64,000 nucleotides of DNA from Pelomyxa schiedti. Lineage: Eukaryota; Protista; Evosea. Shown here piece by piece: positions 1 through 11,858 of the stretch (its first letter is position 1; each line of letters begins with the position of its first letter). Location: assembly GCA_020536535.1 (NCBI GenBank), contig JAHLWZ010000417.1:1-64000 (forward strand), written 5' to 3'. Under the pieces are notes generated by a model. That model worked only from the letters and a program-made list of their open reading frames with translations, searched no databases and was not told where the DNA came from. The position numbers and the translations under genes are program-made.

Positions 1-189
1 ACAACAGAACCTGGTGAGACCGCTATTCCAACGGTTGTGCTTCTGTTTATTTTATTGCGTTCGTATTTGTTTCTTAGTTATGTTTGCCTTTCGACGTGTT
101 CATTCATGTTAATTGGCTTGTATTTTATCAATTGAAACATACGCAGTCCCCTGCGTCGGCGTCTCAACGCCACCGTCGTTTGGGTTCAT
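1..189 (-). CDS. 5' end (first exons) of a third degenerate-ankyrin cassette gene, running off the left edge
   Basis: 1-570 is a near-identical copy of ~10693-11270. ATG at 189 gives MNPNDGGVETPTQGT, the same first exon as the paralogues starting at 10891(-) and 12577(+). Confidence 0.7.
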
Positions 190-413
190 AGTTTGTGGTT
201 CCACACGCACGTCCGGCAAAGCGTGTCTTTGTTGGAATGGAAAAGGAAGGAACGGCAACCAAATTTAGCCTTCTCACTCTTTCTGATGGTCAGCAGGTGC
301 TGCCAACTCTCCCACACGGTACCTGGGACCGCTGAACAACCGCGACAAATAGGGAAGTACACAACCAGCCGAAACACGAGGCTCCACAGCTCCACAGTCT
401 CTGACCCCCCCAG

Positions 414-424
414 TCCCACAATTT
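414..424 (+). promoter_or_regulatory. DUSE-like upstream element TCCCACAATTT of hairpin RNA copy 1
   Basis: Starts 64 bp before the G-run at 478; matches the Dictyostelium DUSE consensus WCCCAYAA. Confidence 0.7.
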
Positions 425-477
425 ACATTTTCAGGAAACAATTCTGTTTATCCCGCGCCGGTGAGTGGACAAGTTTT

Positions 478-576
478 GGGGGGGGAGTGAGAGGAGATTG
501 GGCAGATGCACGATAGTGTTGGTTGCGGACGACCCCTGGCTCGTGTTGTGCAGTCCCCCCATTGCCCTCATTCCCC
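478..576 (+). ncRNA. Candidate novel hairpin small RNA, subtype A, copy 1
   Basis: GGGGAGTGAG..CTCATTCCCC terminal stem, TGCACGAT/GTTGTGCA inner stem, GG-ACGA-CC apex; upstream element at fixed spacing. Confidence 0.7.
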
Positions 577-610
577 TGTCCCTAATTTAATTAAATGAAT
601 CACAAAACAC

Positions 611-613
<3 letters not shown>

Positions 614-643
<30 letters not shown>
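614..643. repeat. poly-T tract
   Basis: About 30 consecutive T. Confidence 0.9.
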
Positions 644-749
644 GGCTGCACGCCTACTCCAGAGTCGTGTTGGAATCCCAATGGGTATATTTTTGTTCTG
701 CGTGAGGTGTGACAAAGTGCATGAGGTGTGATAACTTGTAAAATTCCTC

Positions 750-1667
750 CAAAACTGGCCAGGTCATAGGGCGCCTTCACACATTTCACAGGATGTGGCC
801 TTGAGGGGGTTGATAAAGGTGCAACTGGGACAGGGCTTTCCTTTTGGAGCAGCCGTTTGTGTTGTTGGGGGGGGAGGTGGCTTGGGCATTGGTGTGCTGG
901 ATAGACCGGTTCCTGTTTGTGATTGATTGTTATTTGGGAGTGGATGTTCCATGGTTTTGTGGTTACCTTCAAATGCAAGTGCTCTTTTGGTGGTTGCCAC
1001 CAGTGGAACACCACCGAGCTCTTCCATAATTGTGGGATCATCTTCATCAAGCTAGTTGGGATGTGAGTCAAACGTTTGATGAGAAGTCTGTACCTCAGCC
1101 ACTGTGATTGTGCTGGTCTGAGTGACTTTGTTCTCTCCAAGGGTGCCTGTTTTCAGTTCGGTGGTTTTCCGTGTTATGGGATTAACAAATGTGAGCCGTT
1201 GCCTCACTGGCTCGATTTCCTTGTGAGTTTGTCAAAAAAAAGGTTTCTCAAGAGGAAAAGGAACCATCTCCTGAAGAATGAGCAGTCTCAATTCCGATAC
1301 TGGAGTTGTGGAACTCACTTTTATCCTTTTCACTGGACTTGTTATGCATGATGAGAACTTTAAAAAGCTTACTTGGTTGTGAGAGCCAAAGTCTTGAACC
1401 TGAAGCTTTTTTTTTTCTTTTTTCACAAACAAAAAAACTGGGCACGCAGGGAGTACCTTTAGTTACTTCGAGGTACTCATCCACAAAGTTAAACTTCTCA
1501 ACCATACTTTCCTGAGCCGATTGAGAAACACACTCCTCACACAGATCCGGGGTCAGAGTGTAGTCAACTTGGCTTCCATTCCAGTATGATGAGTAGTTTC
1601 TGTTTGTATTGATTCGGAGAACTATCTTGGAGCCTTCTTTCAGGGAGTACCTGGTATGGGATCTCAG
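750..1667 (-). pseudogene. Duplicated 3' end of the USP48-like gene (UBL plus RanBP2-type zinc finger), cut at the assembly gap
   Basis: Diverged copy of ~16438-17418; ends KPCPSCTFINPLKATSCEMCEGAL* (stop at 764). Confidence 0.7.
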
Positions 1668-1909
1668 NNNNNNNNNNNNNNNNNNNNNNNNNNNNNNNNN
1701 NNNNNNNNNNNNNNNNNNNNNNNNNNNNNNNNNNNNNNNNNNNNNNNNNNNNNNNNNNNNNNNNNNNCTGAGATCCCATACCAGGTACTCCCTGAAAGAA
1801 GGCTCCAAGATAGTTCTCCGAATCAATACAAACAGAAACTACTCATCATACTGGAATGGAAGCCAAGTTGACTACACTCTGACCCCGGGTCAGGGTGAGG
1901 AGTGTGTTT
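1526..1909. repeat. Inverted repeat (~130 bp arms) centred on the 100-N gap at 1668-1767
   Basis: 1768-1888 is the reverse complement of ~1547-1667; the ORF track gives the same peptide on both strands. Confidence 0.85.
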
Positions 1910-1916
1910 GTCATCC

Positions 1917-1927
1917 TCCCACAATTT
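1917..1927 (+). promoter_or_regulatory. DUSE-like element of copy 2
   Basis: TCCCACAATTT 64 bp before the G-run at 1981. Confidence 0.7.
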
Positions 1928-1980
1928 AGTTCTGAGGAAGAAAGAACCCTTTTTTTATCGGGAATGATGAGAGACATTTT

Positions 1981-2082
1981 GGGGGGAGGGTGAGAGGAGA
2001 TTGGGCTGATGTATGATCGTGTTGGTTGCGGATATCCCCTGGCTCGTGTTGTGCATTTCCCCATTGCCCTCACTCAAACCCC
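1981..2082 (+). ncRNA. Candidate novel hairpin small RNA, subtype B, copy 2
   Basis: Same core as subtype A, with CTGATGTA, a GG-ATAT-CC apex and GCATTTCCCC; the C>T change in the 5' arm keeps a G-U pair. Confidence 0.7.
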
Positions 2083-2185
2083 AAATCAAATCATTAACTA
2101 AATAATTTTTTTGCACAAAATATGGGTTTATTTTACTGAGATACAGTGTGACTATGTGTGTTGTACAAGGAGCCTCAGAGAGGCT

Positions 2186-5100
2186 TCAAAATTGGGGGGT
2201 GTTGGAAGAAGAAGGAACGAGGGGTGTGGAGGGAGCTGGTGGTGTGAGTTGCTGCTCGTTCATAACACTACTGACAGGGATAGTGCTGGGAGTTGTTGTG
2301 GTTGTGGTTGTGGTTGTTATTGGTGGGTCTGGCTGTACGTCGACCACTGCTTCATCCTCCGCTCTGCCGGCAAAGGAATCCCGGCGTTGCAGGGGTGTTT
2401 CTCTTGGAGAGTACAATCCAAGCTTGGTGTCAAAATACAGTTTCATTAACAGCTGGTAGTGTTTGTGCCATTTACGCTGTGGCCATTTGACAAGAATGCC
2501 GTCGATAACGATGGTAGCAGGGGCACTCAAGGTCAATAAGACCCATGAGTACCACGGAATCTGAGTGACTTTGGCAAGGTTATCTTGTACTGCCACAGAA
2601 ACAACAGAAAATGCTATCTGAGCAATGCACGCACAGATGGAGGCTATAACCCATGAGCGGCATCTGCTTCTTCTTTTTGCCATGTGCCACACAGCAAGGG
2701 AAGGATGAGAATAGGAGGCAGTCAAGGCAACTGCACACCAGACCAATAGCAACATAACCATGTTTTGTGCATAAAGCCTGGAGCATTTGAATTCAAAGGT
2801 GTCGTACCAAATTGTCTCTGAGCTACTGGAACTCGTACTGGCACTGACTTCTGGGAACCCGAACCCGAATAAAGGCTTCCACCCCATCCCCCATAGTGGT
2901 TCGAGAGTGATCAGAAAGAGAGCGACTGCACAGAATATCACTGGCACACCGACAATGACGGCATGTCTAATATTGCGCAGAACAACTTGGGGATTGATGT
3001 AGTTTTTTGGAGACATCTGGGACATAGTCTTCTGCGGAATATGAATAGCCATCAAACTGAAGGCCAACATCGGCCACAGTAGAAGCTCGAGCCACAATAT
3101 TTGGTATCCAGTTAGGGGCTCCGGAACTAGGAGCATGACAGCTAATAGGTCTACAGAAAGACAAATAAGGCAAAGGACAAACATAGCATGCATTGTCTGT
3201 GTTGTGTTACGCAGTATATGCCTTCCTTCTTTAATTAGTGTCAGAAGAACATCAAGCGGTGTATCGCAGTGCATGACAAATGAGCAGGGCAGGCATGTAA
3301 TATCCGCCGATAGTGATCCTGTAGTCCTGAACTGCGTGAATCGCTCTGAGGTTAACCTAGGGAAAGGTGTAGATGCTGCACCGCTTTGCGATAACTTGGG
3401 CATGGTACTGGCGGTTGGTGGACTACTTGAATAATGCCCATCATCAGGTTCGTCTGAAGGAACCCATTGCGAAGGAAGTGGCTGAATTGCTGCAGCAACA
3501 TCAGCTTGGACATATGATGGGGTGCTGTTCATGTTCAAAGCACTCCCGACACAAAGGACTACTTCTCCGTTCTCTTGCAGGATTTTAATCATTTCCCTCT
3601 TGGATTCAGGGGTGCACTCGGCAAAAATGGGCACCAGAAGAGGTACGTTGTCAATGTTTTCGATATGATGTCTGATAGCTCCAATTCCTCGGGGAAGTTT
3701 TGAAGCACCTTCCATAAAAATACTATCATTTGGTCCTGGGTCACGAAGAGATATAATGTAGTTCCATGTTGTATCCAGTCCCATTTGTTGTGCAAACAGA
3801 GTTGATCTGATTTGGTTTTCGTCACTGAAGTACCTAAAACGTACGCCTGCTTTCTGCAATCCCTGTACAAATTGTGGTGTTCCACTTTTAGGTTCTGCAC
3901 GTAACGAAACCATAGCAAGAAAAATTTGCCCTTGTGTCAGCAATTTGTCTTTATCTGTTTGAGTGGTCTCATGTGCTTGCTTGTTACTGTTTTCACTGCT
4001 TGAGCTAGGCGAGTCTTTTATGGCTTTCTTCATTCTGGCTGGCTTTTTGTCATTTGGTGTGATAGATTCGCCATCGGTGTTCTTTTTGGAATGGGCTTTC
4101 TTCTTTTCATGATCACGTTTTTTTTTCTCATGGTCTCCATTCTTCTCATCGACTTGGTGACTGGGATCATTTTGAAATCCAGATCTTTTGTCGTAAGATT
4201 TGGGTTCTGTGCCTTCACTGGGGATTTCGTTGGACTTATGAGAACCACAATAAAACTCTATAGACGAAGGGGATTGCTTTGGTAGAAGAGGAAAAGAGCT
4301 ATTTAAAGATAGTTGGCCAGACTCTAAATTGATTGTCAGGGAGTCGTCTTCACCTGAGGGTGGAACTCCTTTCAAAATCAGCCCCTTGACAAGTCTGGAA
4401 CATTGTGAGAATGCATCATGCACATAGAGTAGAGGAAATTACTGGTAATCTCTAGAGTGCTCATTAAGACAGTCCGGGCCTGAATTGACTTCAGGAAGAG
4501 TAGTCAAGTGCCCTAACATCCATCGTTCCTTTTTTTTGATGAGTTTGTATGCAAACCCAACACAGTAAAATGTCTCGTGTAGTCTCTCAAACTCTGCTAG
4601 GATGGCACTCTTGTTAGCTGCAGTGAGTCGGCATATTTTATTTTGTTCATTCCAGTATTGAGTGCAATGTTGCAGTATGAACGGAACATTGCCCTTCGTG
4701 AAAACTTGGAAGCTATCCTGCCCTGAGTCACCAGCTACAGCATAGACCTGAGAAAACATGTAGTATGGAACTCCTCCATTTTGCATAGGAGCATATGCAT
4801 GAATGTCTTTAACCGGCTTGAAGTGTTCAAGTCCAAAGTTGTCAAGAACTTCATCCTTGAATCCAATTGCTTCGTGTAATCTGCACATGCAAGGCGTGTA
4901 GGGTCGTGAGAAATTAGCAAGCAGGGATACAAGTACTCTCTTCCATCTATTCATATTACCAACACCCGTAACAGGGTGCTTTTTACGGTGCCTGCAATTC
5001 CGTTTGTTTAGCAATAAATTCAAGCCTAGAGCCTTGAGCCATCTCAAATAGACTTGCCAGTTTGGGTCAGTGAATTCCAATTTTCCTTTGGCTGTTGAGT

Positions 5101-6558
5101 CAGAGCTTTGGAGACTCAAACTCATCCCTCCATTGTTAAACAAGTAAACTTGCTCCGGCCTTGACATAGGTTCTACAAGTGTACCGTCCTTATCCATACA
5201 TACAAGAGCCGTCACAGCTCCCAGGGATTGGGCTAGAGGTGAAGTTCGTTGAAGCACGGGATTTGTGTCAAAAAGGAGAGCCCAGAAAAAGTATACCACC
5301 TTTCTCCATGGAACAACTGCCCGTGCACGCTTCCCAACACCTTTCTCATAATCGTGCATGCTAATTCCAAAATCAGGTGCTGCAGGGGCAGATGCAGCTC
5401 CACTTTCTGCTGGTTTGGTTGCACCAGCCAAGTTACTCATGCTTTCCTTCTTTACTAGACCAACACTATTTTGTTGCACATCAACTAATGCAAGGATCCG
5501 AGCATTGCCATAACTCTCAATAAATGTCCAAAGTACGTGAGGAAGTGCAATTGGTAGCAGGGCTAGCATAATATGGGCAGGGCGTGCTAAGACAATCTCA
5601 CTCAAAACGTGACCTTCTTGCAAGGAGTACCGCACAACGTTTATGGCAATAGAAATAGGCAGAGCAATCCACATCACCATCGCAACAAATATGAGCGTGA
5701 ATGCACGATGCTTACCAAGACGCGATCGTGGGCGAATGCTGGGAGCTTGCAGGGCTAATTCAAGCTGCTTACGTGCAGGAGATTCATCTACAATATACTG
5801 TGCAATTGTAAGACGTGGAGTATTACACCTAAGGGGTGTCAACCTCAGTAAGCCATTCTTGCTCAGTAAGTGGAGAATGTGGCTCCGTGTTCTGCCTCTC
5901 TGCAACAGGAGTGGCTTTGGCCGGAAGTGGTGCACCTTGGGGCACCAGAATTGCATCACCAGTAACAAGCAAGTTTTGAGGAACAAAACGCCATACGCCG
6001 TCACGCCGAGTTAAAACCTGTATGATATGGTAGTTAACAACCAGAGATGCGAAGGGAAAAAAAAAAAAAAATTAGTTCAAGCCTCACCTCATGGCCCACT
6101 TCTAGCAAATTGATTCTTTCACAATCGGGGCTCCTCAGATGTGCCCTGGCCCGTCTCACAACCACCATGTGTCTCAATATTCTGTCCTTATAAGCCACTA
6201 GAATATCCAAAGCCAAAAATGCACCCGCGATAGTTGTCTCCATTGCATACTCAGAACAATACCACCAGTACTTCGTATTGGTCTCGCTTTGCTCAGGGGG
6301 TCCCAAATCTTGCTCCGGCAACATGCTACTGATAAAAGCAAGCGCCAGAAGAACGACTGCCACCAAAATCGCCTCAAATCGCAAATTGCGAAGTATGTGA
6401 AGTACGGTTGCTGTCAAACAATGCCGGTTTCGAATGTCACGCTCCCTCTCGTCCAACGCCCTCTCTAACTCCTCGATCAGTGCCCTGTTGTCCCTCGATT
6501 TATAGGTAGATCTAGATCCCAGTATCCCCACCCCCGCCGACGTAGTGGGCTCCGTCAT
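2186..6558 (-). CDS. TMEM94: Transmembrane protein 94 (P-type ATPase-like), multi-exon
   Basis: Family motifs GVRFRYFS, AQQMGLDTTWNYIISL, KLPRGIGAIRHHIENIDNVPLLV, ENGEVVLCVGSALN, LYFDTKLGLYSP and CMDKDGTL; multiple TM helices. Confidence 0.9.
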
Positions 6559-6748
6559 CTCTCTTATTGGTTTTTTTATTGTTTAATTATGTACCGATAC
6601 GAAGCGCTTTTTGCCGGCTTCGTTCGTTTTTTTTTTGGTTTTTCACATCGTCTTCGTCAAGATCTGTTATCGGCGAACAAAACGAACAAAAGGAGATCTC
6701 CGGAATTTCACCAGGGTATCGGTCCGGTCGGATCTTTCAGTCACAATC

Positions 6749-7545
6749 TCAGGCGTATCTTCTGACTTGGTCGAGGGTGTTTCGTGGCTTGTGTGTATTG
6801 ACCGTGGCGTCGTGGGTCGGGTAGCCCAGTGCGATAATCACGTCTATTTTGGTGGACGCCGGCAATTTGAGGGCCGTTTTGATGCCGGCTTCTGAGAACC
6901 AACCTATCCAACAGGTACCAAGTCCCAACTCAGTAGCCTGAAGTGTAAGGTGGTCACAAGCTATTCCAATATCTTGCAGTGTTTGTTTGTCATGATCCAT
7001 CAAAGGGGAGTGAGTTATACCTATGAGGTTGTACTGAACACTTCGCAGCCATCCACCAAGGCGAGCAGCGTAGTTGGATACTTCGGTAACGCATACAATA
7101 ATAACCGGTGCAGTTTTGGCGAATTTCCCAGTGACTCCATGTACACCGGAGAAGGCCGCATCGGCAACGGCATCCTTTTTCGTGGCTTTGTATTGGTTAC
7201 GGTACACTTAAACAAATCAACTGGGAGTAGTTGCCGGTATTAATAACTATACGTTCCGCTACACATATATAGAGAAATGGAGAAATACTTTCAAAGGCTG
7301 CGTATCAACAACTATGAAGGACCACGGCTGTGAGTTACACGCAGAAGGAGCCACTCTGGCAGCATCCAAACACTATAACATCTTAAGTAATGGTACACAC
7401 CCAGTGACACTGAGAAAAAGAAGCGAAAAACCTTGTCAATTAACTCACGTGGTACCGGGGTGCTTTTGTACTCACGACAACTTCTCCTTGTCAAAATCAA
7501 CTGCTTGAATGCCGATTCGTTTTCATCACTAGCAACACTCACCAT
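6749..7545 (-). CDS. Nitroreductase-family FMN oxidoreductase, intron-containing
   Basis: RRSCREY, AARVAPSACNSQPWSF (across exons), DIGIACDHLTLQATELGLGTCWIGWF, IALGYP. Confidence 0.9.
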
Positions 7546-7589
7546 CTCGCGTGGTTAAAAACACAACAAAACAAAAATATTATTGGGTT

Positions 7590-7681
7590 GAGTGAGGGCA
7601 ATGGGGGGACTGCACAACACGAGCCAGGGGTCGTCCGCAACCAACACGATCGTGCATCTGCCCAATCGCCTCTCACTCCCC
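7590..7681 (-). ncRNA. Candidate hairpin small RNA, subtype A, copy 3
   Basis: Reverse complement of the subtype A core, with one change (GAGGCGATT) in an unpaired region. Confidence 0.7.
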
Positions 7682-7734
7682 GAAAACCTTTGGGATCTCG
7701 CCGAAACAAAAAGGATATTTTTTTCGGAAAAAGA

Positions 7735-7745
7735 AAATTGTGGGA
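7735..7745 (-). promoter_or_regulatory. DUSE-like element of copy 3
   Basis: AAATTGTGGGA on +, 64 bp from the G-run start at 7681. Confidence 0.7.
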
Positions 7746-7853
7746 TCACGAAAGTGTTTTGAGATGGTCGTGAAGAGGCGTGTGTCCAGACGCCTCTTCA
7801 CGACCTCCGCACAGTCACATTATTTTGATCTCCACAAACAAAATGGATAGATT

Positions 7854-10800
7854 TTACTCCTCAATGTTGAGCTTCTTGACCTTGGGAGAGGGACCAGCTG
7901 GTGCTGCCTGCTCAGCCACGAGTTTCGAGAGATCTTCCTCTCCAACACGTTTGTTGGTGCCTGTGTTTGAATGAAGGGGCAGAGGAGGTATAAGGAACCC
8001 ATCCTTATCTCTTGTGAGTGTGATAGGAGTGGCGCTTCTAGGAGCACCGCAACTTCGCTGCGAGGGTTGCAGGACAGCACCCGTGGTTGGGGTGTTGCTG
8101 TGGTTTCTCTTCCTGGGAACAGTGTGAGAACGCGTTCTTGGTTTCTTCTGTGTTGGAGGGACTGCTTCGGGAAAGACTAAAGTTGAGCCCTGAAGGTGAG
8201 GAGTTCCATAGTTGGGGGATCCCAGGTCTCGAGATATCTTGCTTAATAGACAAGCTGCTTTTCGCCTAAATTCCACCACACCTGCTTGATCAGGGTGCCT
8301 ATCAAGTACTGCTTGGCCACCATCATGGAAAAACTCGTACAGCTTGGGCACAATGGTTTCATAGGAGCAGATATCCACAAGCCAACCAAAAAGGGATGGC
8401 AACCCTGTTGCGGCCTCGTCCATGCTGAAATACTTGCTTGACAAACTCAGATCGACGAACACAGCATCAGATAGCATCTGTACAGTCAAGAAGTTATCAA
8501 CATACTCAGCAATCGTATCTGCGAGATAGTCGTCATCATCACCGTTGTAAATGGTGCTCAACAGATAAAGTGTTACAGGCCACACGTTTCTTGCTTTTAG
8601 AAGGGCCAGCTCCAGGTCAAGACCAGGGAGTGAAAGCAATGCATTAGCCACCGGAGTGATGACACCTTGCAATCCCAGAATATGCTTATTTAACTTCCTA
8701 TATCCAATTGCAAAGCAGTCTGAACCCCCTTTTTTTTGGACTGGCCGTAACTTCAAGAGAGCTTCAAAAAAGATGACGGGGTACTACTGGATCAGGTTCC
8801 AGGTGAGAAGGTTGTTCTGGTCCAACCACAGGAACGCATCCCCACTGCAACCCTTCCTTAGCAACTCCCAAAGTACCACGTTCATCTTGAACCCAGGGTC
8901 GCCGGTTTGTGGATTCCCTGCTATCTGTTCTCTCACAAACGGGAGTAAGGCATCAGCCACCTTGAAAGACTTTGGTGGCACCAAGTAATGGCAAATCGAG
9001 TCTTCCTTCATTGATGCAAGAACATCCCTTGGTACTCCAATGAAGTCCTCTGACACCTTGTGAAAGTGGTGCAGAACTACTGGTGTCAACGAAGAAATAA
9101 GCAACTGTGATAAAATTGCACTTATCTCAGCCTTGAATTCCGGTTGTCGGATAAGCAAATTGAAGACGGCGTCGTTGTTGCGTGCGCAAGCGGAGTTGAG
9201 GAGTCTCTGAACTGTGTCACCAGGCAGCGGCGCGGTGTGCTTTCGCCAACGCACAAGTATTTCCTCGAAATAAAGAGCGGCCTCAGGGGTGTTGTGCCTC
9301 GCGATGTTGCATAAGAGGTTCGGGAGATTTTCTTGGAGTTCATCATCATCATCCCCTTGGGCGACCTCCCAGCTGAGAATCTGTTTCAACGTGCCCCACA
9401 TTCCAGCAAGCGCCGCAGACAACGCGATCGTGGACTTCACGAACGGGGGCCATTTGTGCGCTTCTAACTCCACTGGGGTTTGGATTTGCGGTGAGTCCCA
9501 GCGCCCTGGGTCGGCGGCGACGATGTTTCGGATCGCCTTGCAAGAAGTGCGAAAGTTTTTCTCTGTCGTGCAAGCTGATTTCAGCACCGGTGTGCTGAAG
9601 TTCCTCAGGACTTGGACCGGCATCCTTGGCACTGCATTCAAAAGCAGTTGGAACACTTCTGTGTGTCCGCCCGCTGCTGCGCTGCAGAAGGCACTCGTCT
9701 TGACTGTATGGGTGACCTCGTCGTAAACTAAGCGCTGGGCTGCTGACGAGTGCGCCAATATGCCCTCAATCAACGGCACAGCTCCTGTGAAACACGCGAT
9801 TTCAAGCAGCTCCCCTATTTGCTCGGTATCCTCGACTTGAGTGCACACAATAAGCGCTGTGACCAGCTGCCTCGTTCGTAGTTCAAGCTGCAATACTTCC
9901 TCTTGGTTCTTTGCTTTGAGCATTGACTGACTCGCAACGGAAATTCCCATGCAAATAGCCACGCGGAGGTTCTTGTGACTCATATTCTGGACTCCAATCC
10001 AATCACGGCAACTCGCGGAAGGCAACGCAGGTGTGATAGAGACATCCCTCTGCCACGCATCAAGAAATTCGCTCTGACCATGGGCAATGGCGTAAAGAAA
10101 CGCACCTGTGGAAAGTTGTCAGTGACACAACCAAGGGCAGCTAAATGCATAGAAACCTGGTGTGGCGCTAGGTAAGCAGTGAAACCTGGATTGGTACATT
10201 GCAAGCAAACACTTGACTGGCCAGTTTTGGGGCTCCATGTGTGGCGCACACATTGATCATGTTGGAGATGCTGCCGACTCGACTTTGGAGCCACAGTATA
10301 GCCTTGCCCAGCCCAAAGGGATAGAATACTTCTGCCATCTTTACTACGAACATGAGCTGATCCTTTTTGTAGTGCATCAGGTGCTCAACTTCGCTTGTGG
10401 TCCTCCATTGTGGAGAATTCCTTTGCCGCTTGCAGTGGCAGAATGCCTCAGTAACATCTGTGAGCCTCTGTTTTCTATCTTGCTTCCCGAAAAGCGTTCG
10501 GTATACAATTCGCCACATCGTATCAATTTGAAAGAGAGAGTATGACCAAAATCCGCAGTTCCTTCCCCCTTACGACCAGCTCTCTTCTGATTTGTGTTTA
10601 TTGTGAATCCGAGTTGCTTTTGCAAACTACACACCCATCATTATCAGTCTGGACCACTGTTGTCAGCACGGCCAGTGATTCCGCGGCACCCACAACAGAA
10701 CCTGGTGAGACCGCTATTCCAACGGTTGTGCTTCTGTTTATTTTATTGCGTTCGTATTTGTTTCTTAGTTATGTTTGCCTTTCGACGTGTTCATTCATGT

Positions 10801-10891
10801 TAATTGGCTTGTGTATTTTATCAATTGCGGCAATTGAACCATACGCAGTCCCCTGCGTCGGCGTCTCAACGCCGCCGTCGTTTGGGTTCAT
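7854..10891 (-). pseudogene. Degenerate ankyrin-repeat protein, paralogue A, with one in-frame TAG at 8784-8786
   Basis: Collinear with the 12577-15686 gene (AFCSAAAGGHTEVFQLLL); reads CAG TAG TAC where the paralogue has CAG TAC; the frame continues after the stop. Confidence 0.7.
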
Positions 10892-11112
10892 AGTTTGTGG
10901 TTCCACACTACGCACGTCCGGCAAAGCGTGTCTTTGTTGGAATGGAAAAGGAAGGAACGGCAACCAAATTTAGCCTTCTCACTCTTTCTGATCGGTTAGC
11001 AGGTGCTGCCAACTCTCCCAACCCTACCTGGGACCGCTGAACAACCGAACAACCGCGACAATGGTTGTGTCCTTCCCTATTTGCACCAAACACCACTCTG
11101 ACCACCCCCCAG

Positions 11113-11123
11113 TCCCACAATTT
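11113..11123 (+). promoter_or_regulatory. DUSE-like element of copy 4
   Basis: TCCCACAATTT 64 bp before the G-run at 11177. Confidence 0.7.
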
Positions 11124-11176
11124 ACATTTTCAGGAAACAATTCTGTTTTATCCCGCCCCGGGGAGCCGAAAATTTT

Positions 11177-11276
11177 GGGGGGGGAGTGAGAGGAGATTGG
11201 GCAGATGCACGATCGTGTTGGTTGCGGACGACCCCTGGCTCGTGTTGTGCAGTCCCCCCATTGCCCTCATTCCCCC
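11177..11276 (+). ncRNA. Candidate hairpin small RNA, subtype A, copy 4
   Basis: Subtype A consensus core with terminal stem. Confidence 0.7.
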
Positions 11277-11692
11277 TCCATAATTAAAACCATAAAAATA
11301 ATTTTTTTTTTTCTCTCCTATTTTAAAATACTTTTTTGAACAGTTTCACACCGAGGTAAATAGGAACACCAATAGTGACTGCAGCCACACCACCAACGAC
11401 TGTGGCAGTCCCAAAACTGGCCAGGTCGTAGGGCACCATCACACATTTCACAGGATGTGGCCTTGAGGGGATTGATAAAGGTGCAATGGGAGTGGATGAT
11501 GTTCCATGGTTTTGTGGGTACCTTCAAAAGCAAGTGCTCTTTTGGTGGTTGAGACCAGTGGACCCCTCGTTCCTTCTTCTTCCAACACCCCCCAATTTTG
11601 AAGCCTCTCTGAGCCTCCTTGTACAACACACATTGTCACATTGTATCTCAGTGAAATAAACCAAAAAAATTATTTAGTTAATGATTTGATTT

Positions 11693-11792
11693 GGGGTTTG
11701 AGTGAGGGCAATGGGGAAATGCACAACACGAGCCAGGGGATATCCGCAACCAACACGATCGTACATCAGCCCAATCTCCTCTCACCCTCCCC
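11693..11792 (-). ncRNA. Candidate hairpin small RNA, subtype B, copy 5
   Basis: Reverse complement of the subtype B core, intact within decayed flanking DNA. Confidence 0.7.
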
Positions 11793-11847
11793 AGATTCAT
11801 ATTCGCATCATTCCCGATAAAAAAAGGGTAATTTTTTCCGCGGAAGT

Positions 11848-11858
11848 AAATTGTGGGA
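11848..11858 (-). promoter_or_regulatory. DUSE-like element of copy 5
   Basis: AAATTGTGGGA, 66 bp from the G-run and 73 bp from the GTGAG core, as in copies 1, 2 and 4. Confidence 0.7.

Noticed and set aside
1975-1983. Sm-site-like ATTTTGG before the hairpin
   Set aside because: Missing in copies 3, 5 and 6 and lies upstream of the predicted 5' end.
1965-2009. Box C (ATGATGA) and box D (CTGA) suggesting a C/D snoRNA
   Set aside because: Absent from subtype A copies; box C lies in the variable spacer upstream of the predicted start.
1846-2073. Recurring short ORFs over the repeat (MRAMGKCTTRARG, GRVRGDWADVR)
   Set aside because: Starts, frames and ends vary among copies, and subtypes differ by a 1-nt indel; these are by-products of the repeat.
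7590-11276. Autonomous DNA transposon with TIRs
   Set aside because: The enclosed protein is ankyrin-like with no recognisable DDE or HUH motif; no TSD is seen; both units share the same flanks rather than new insertion sites.
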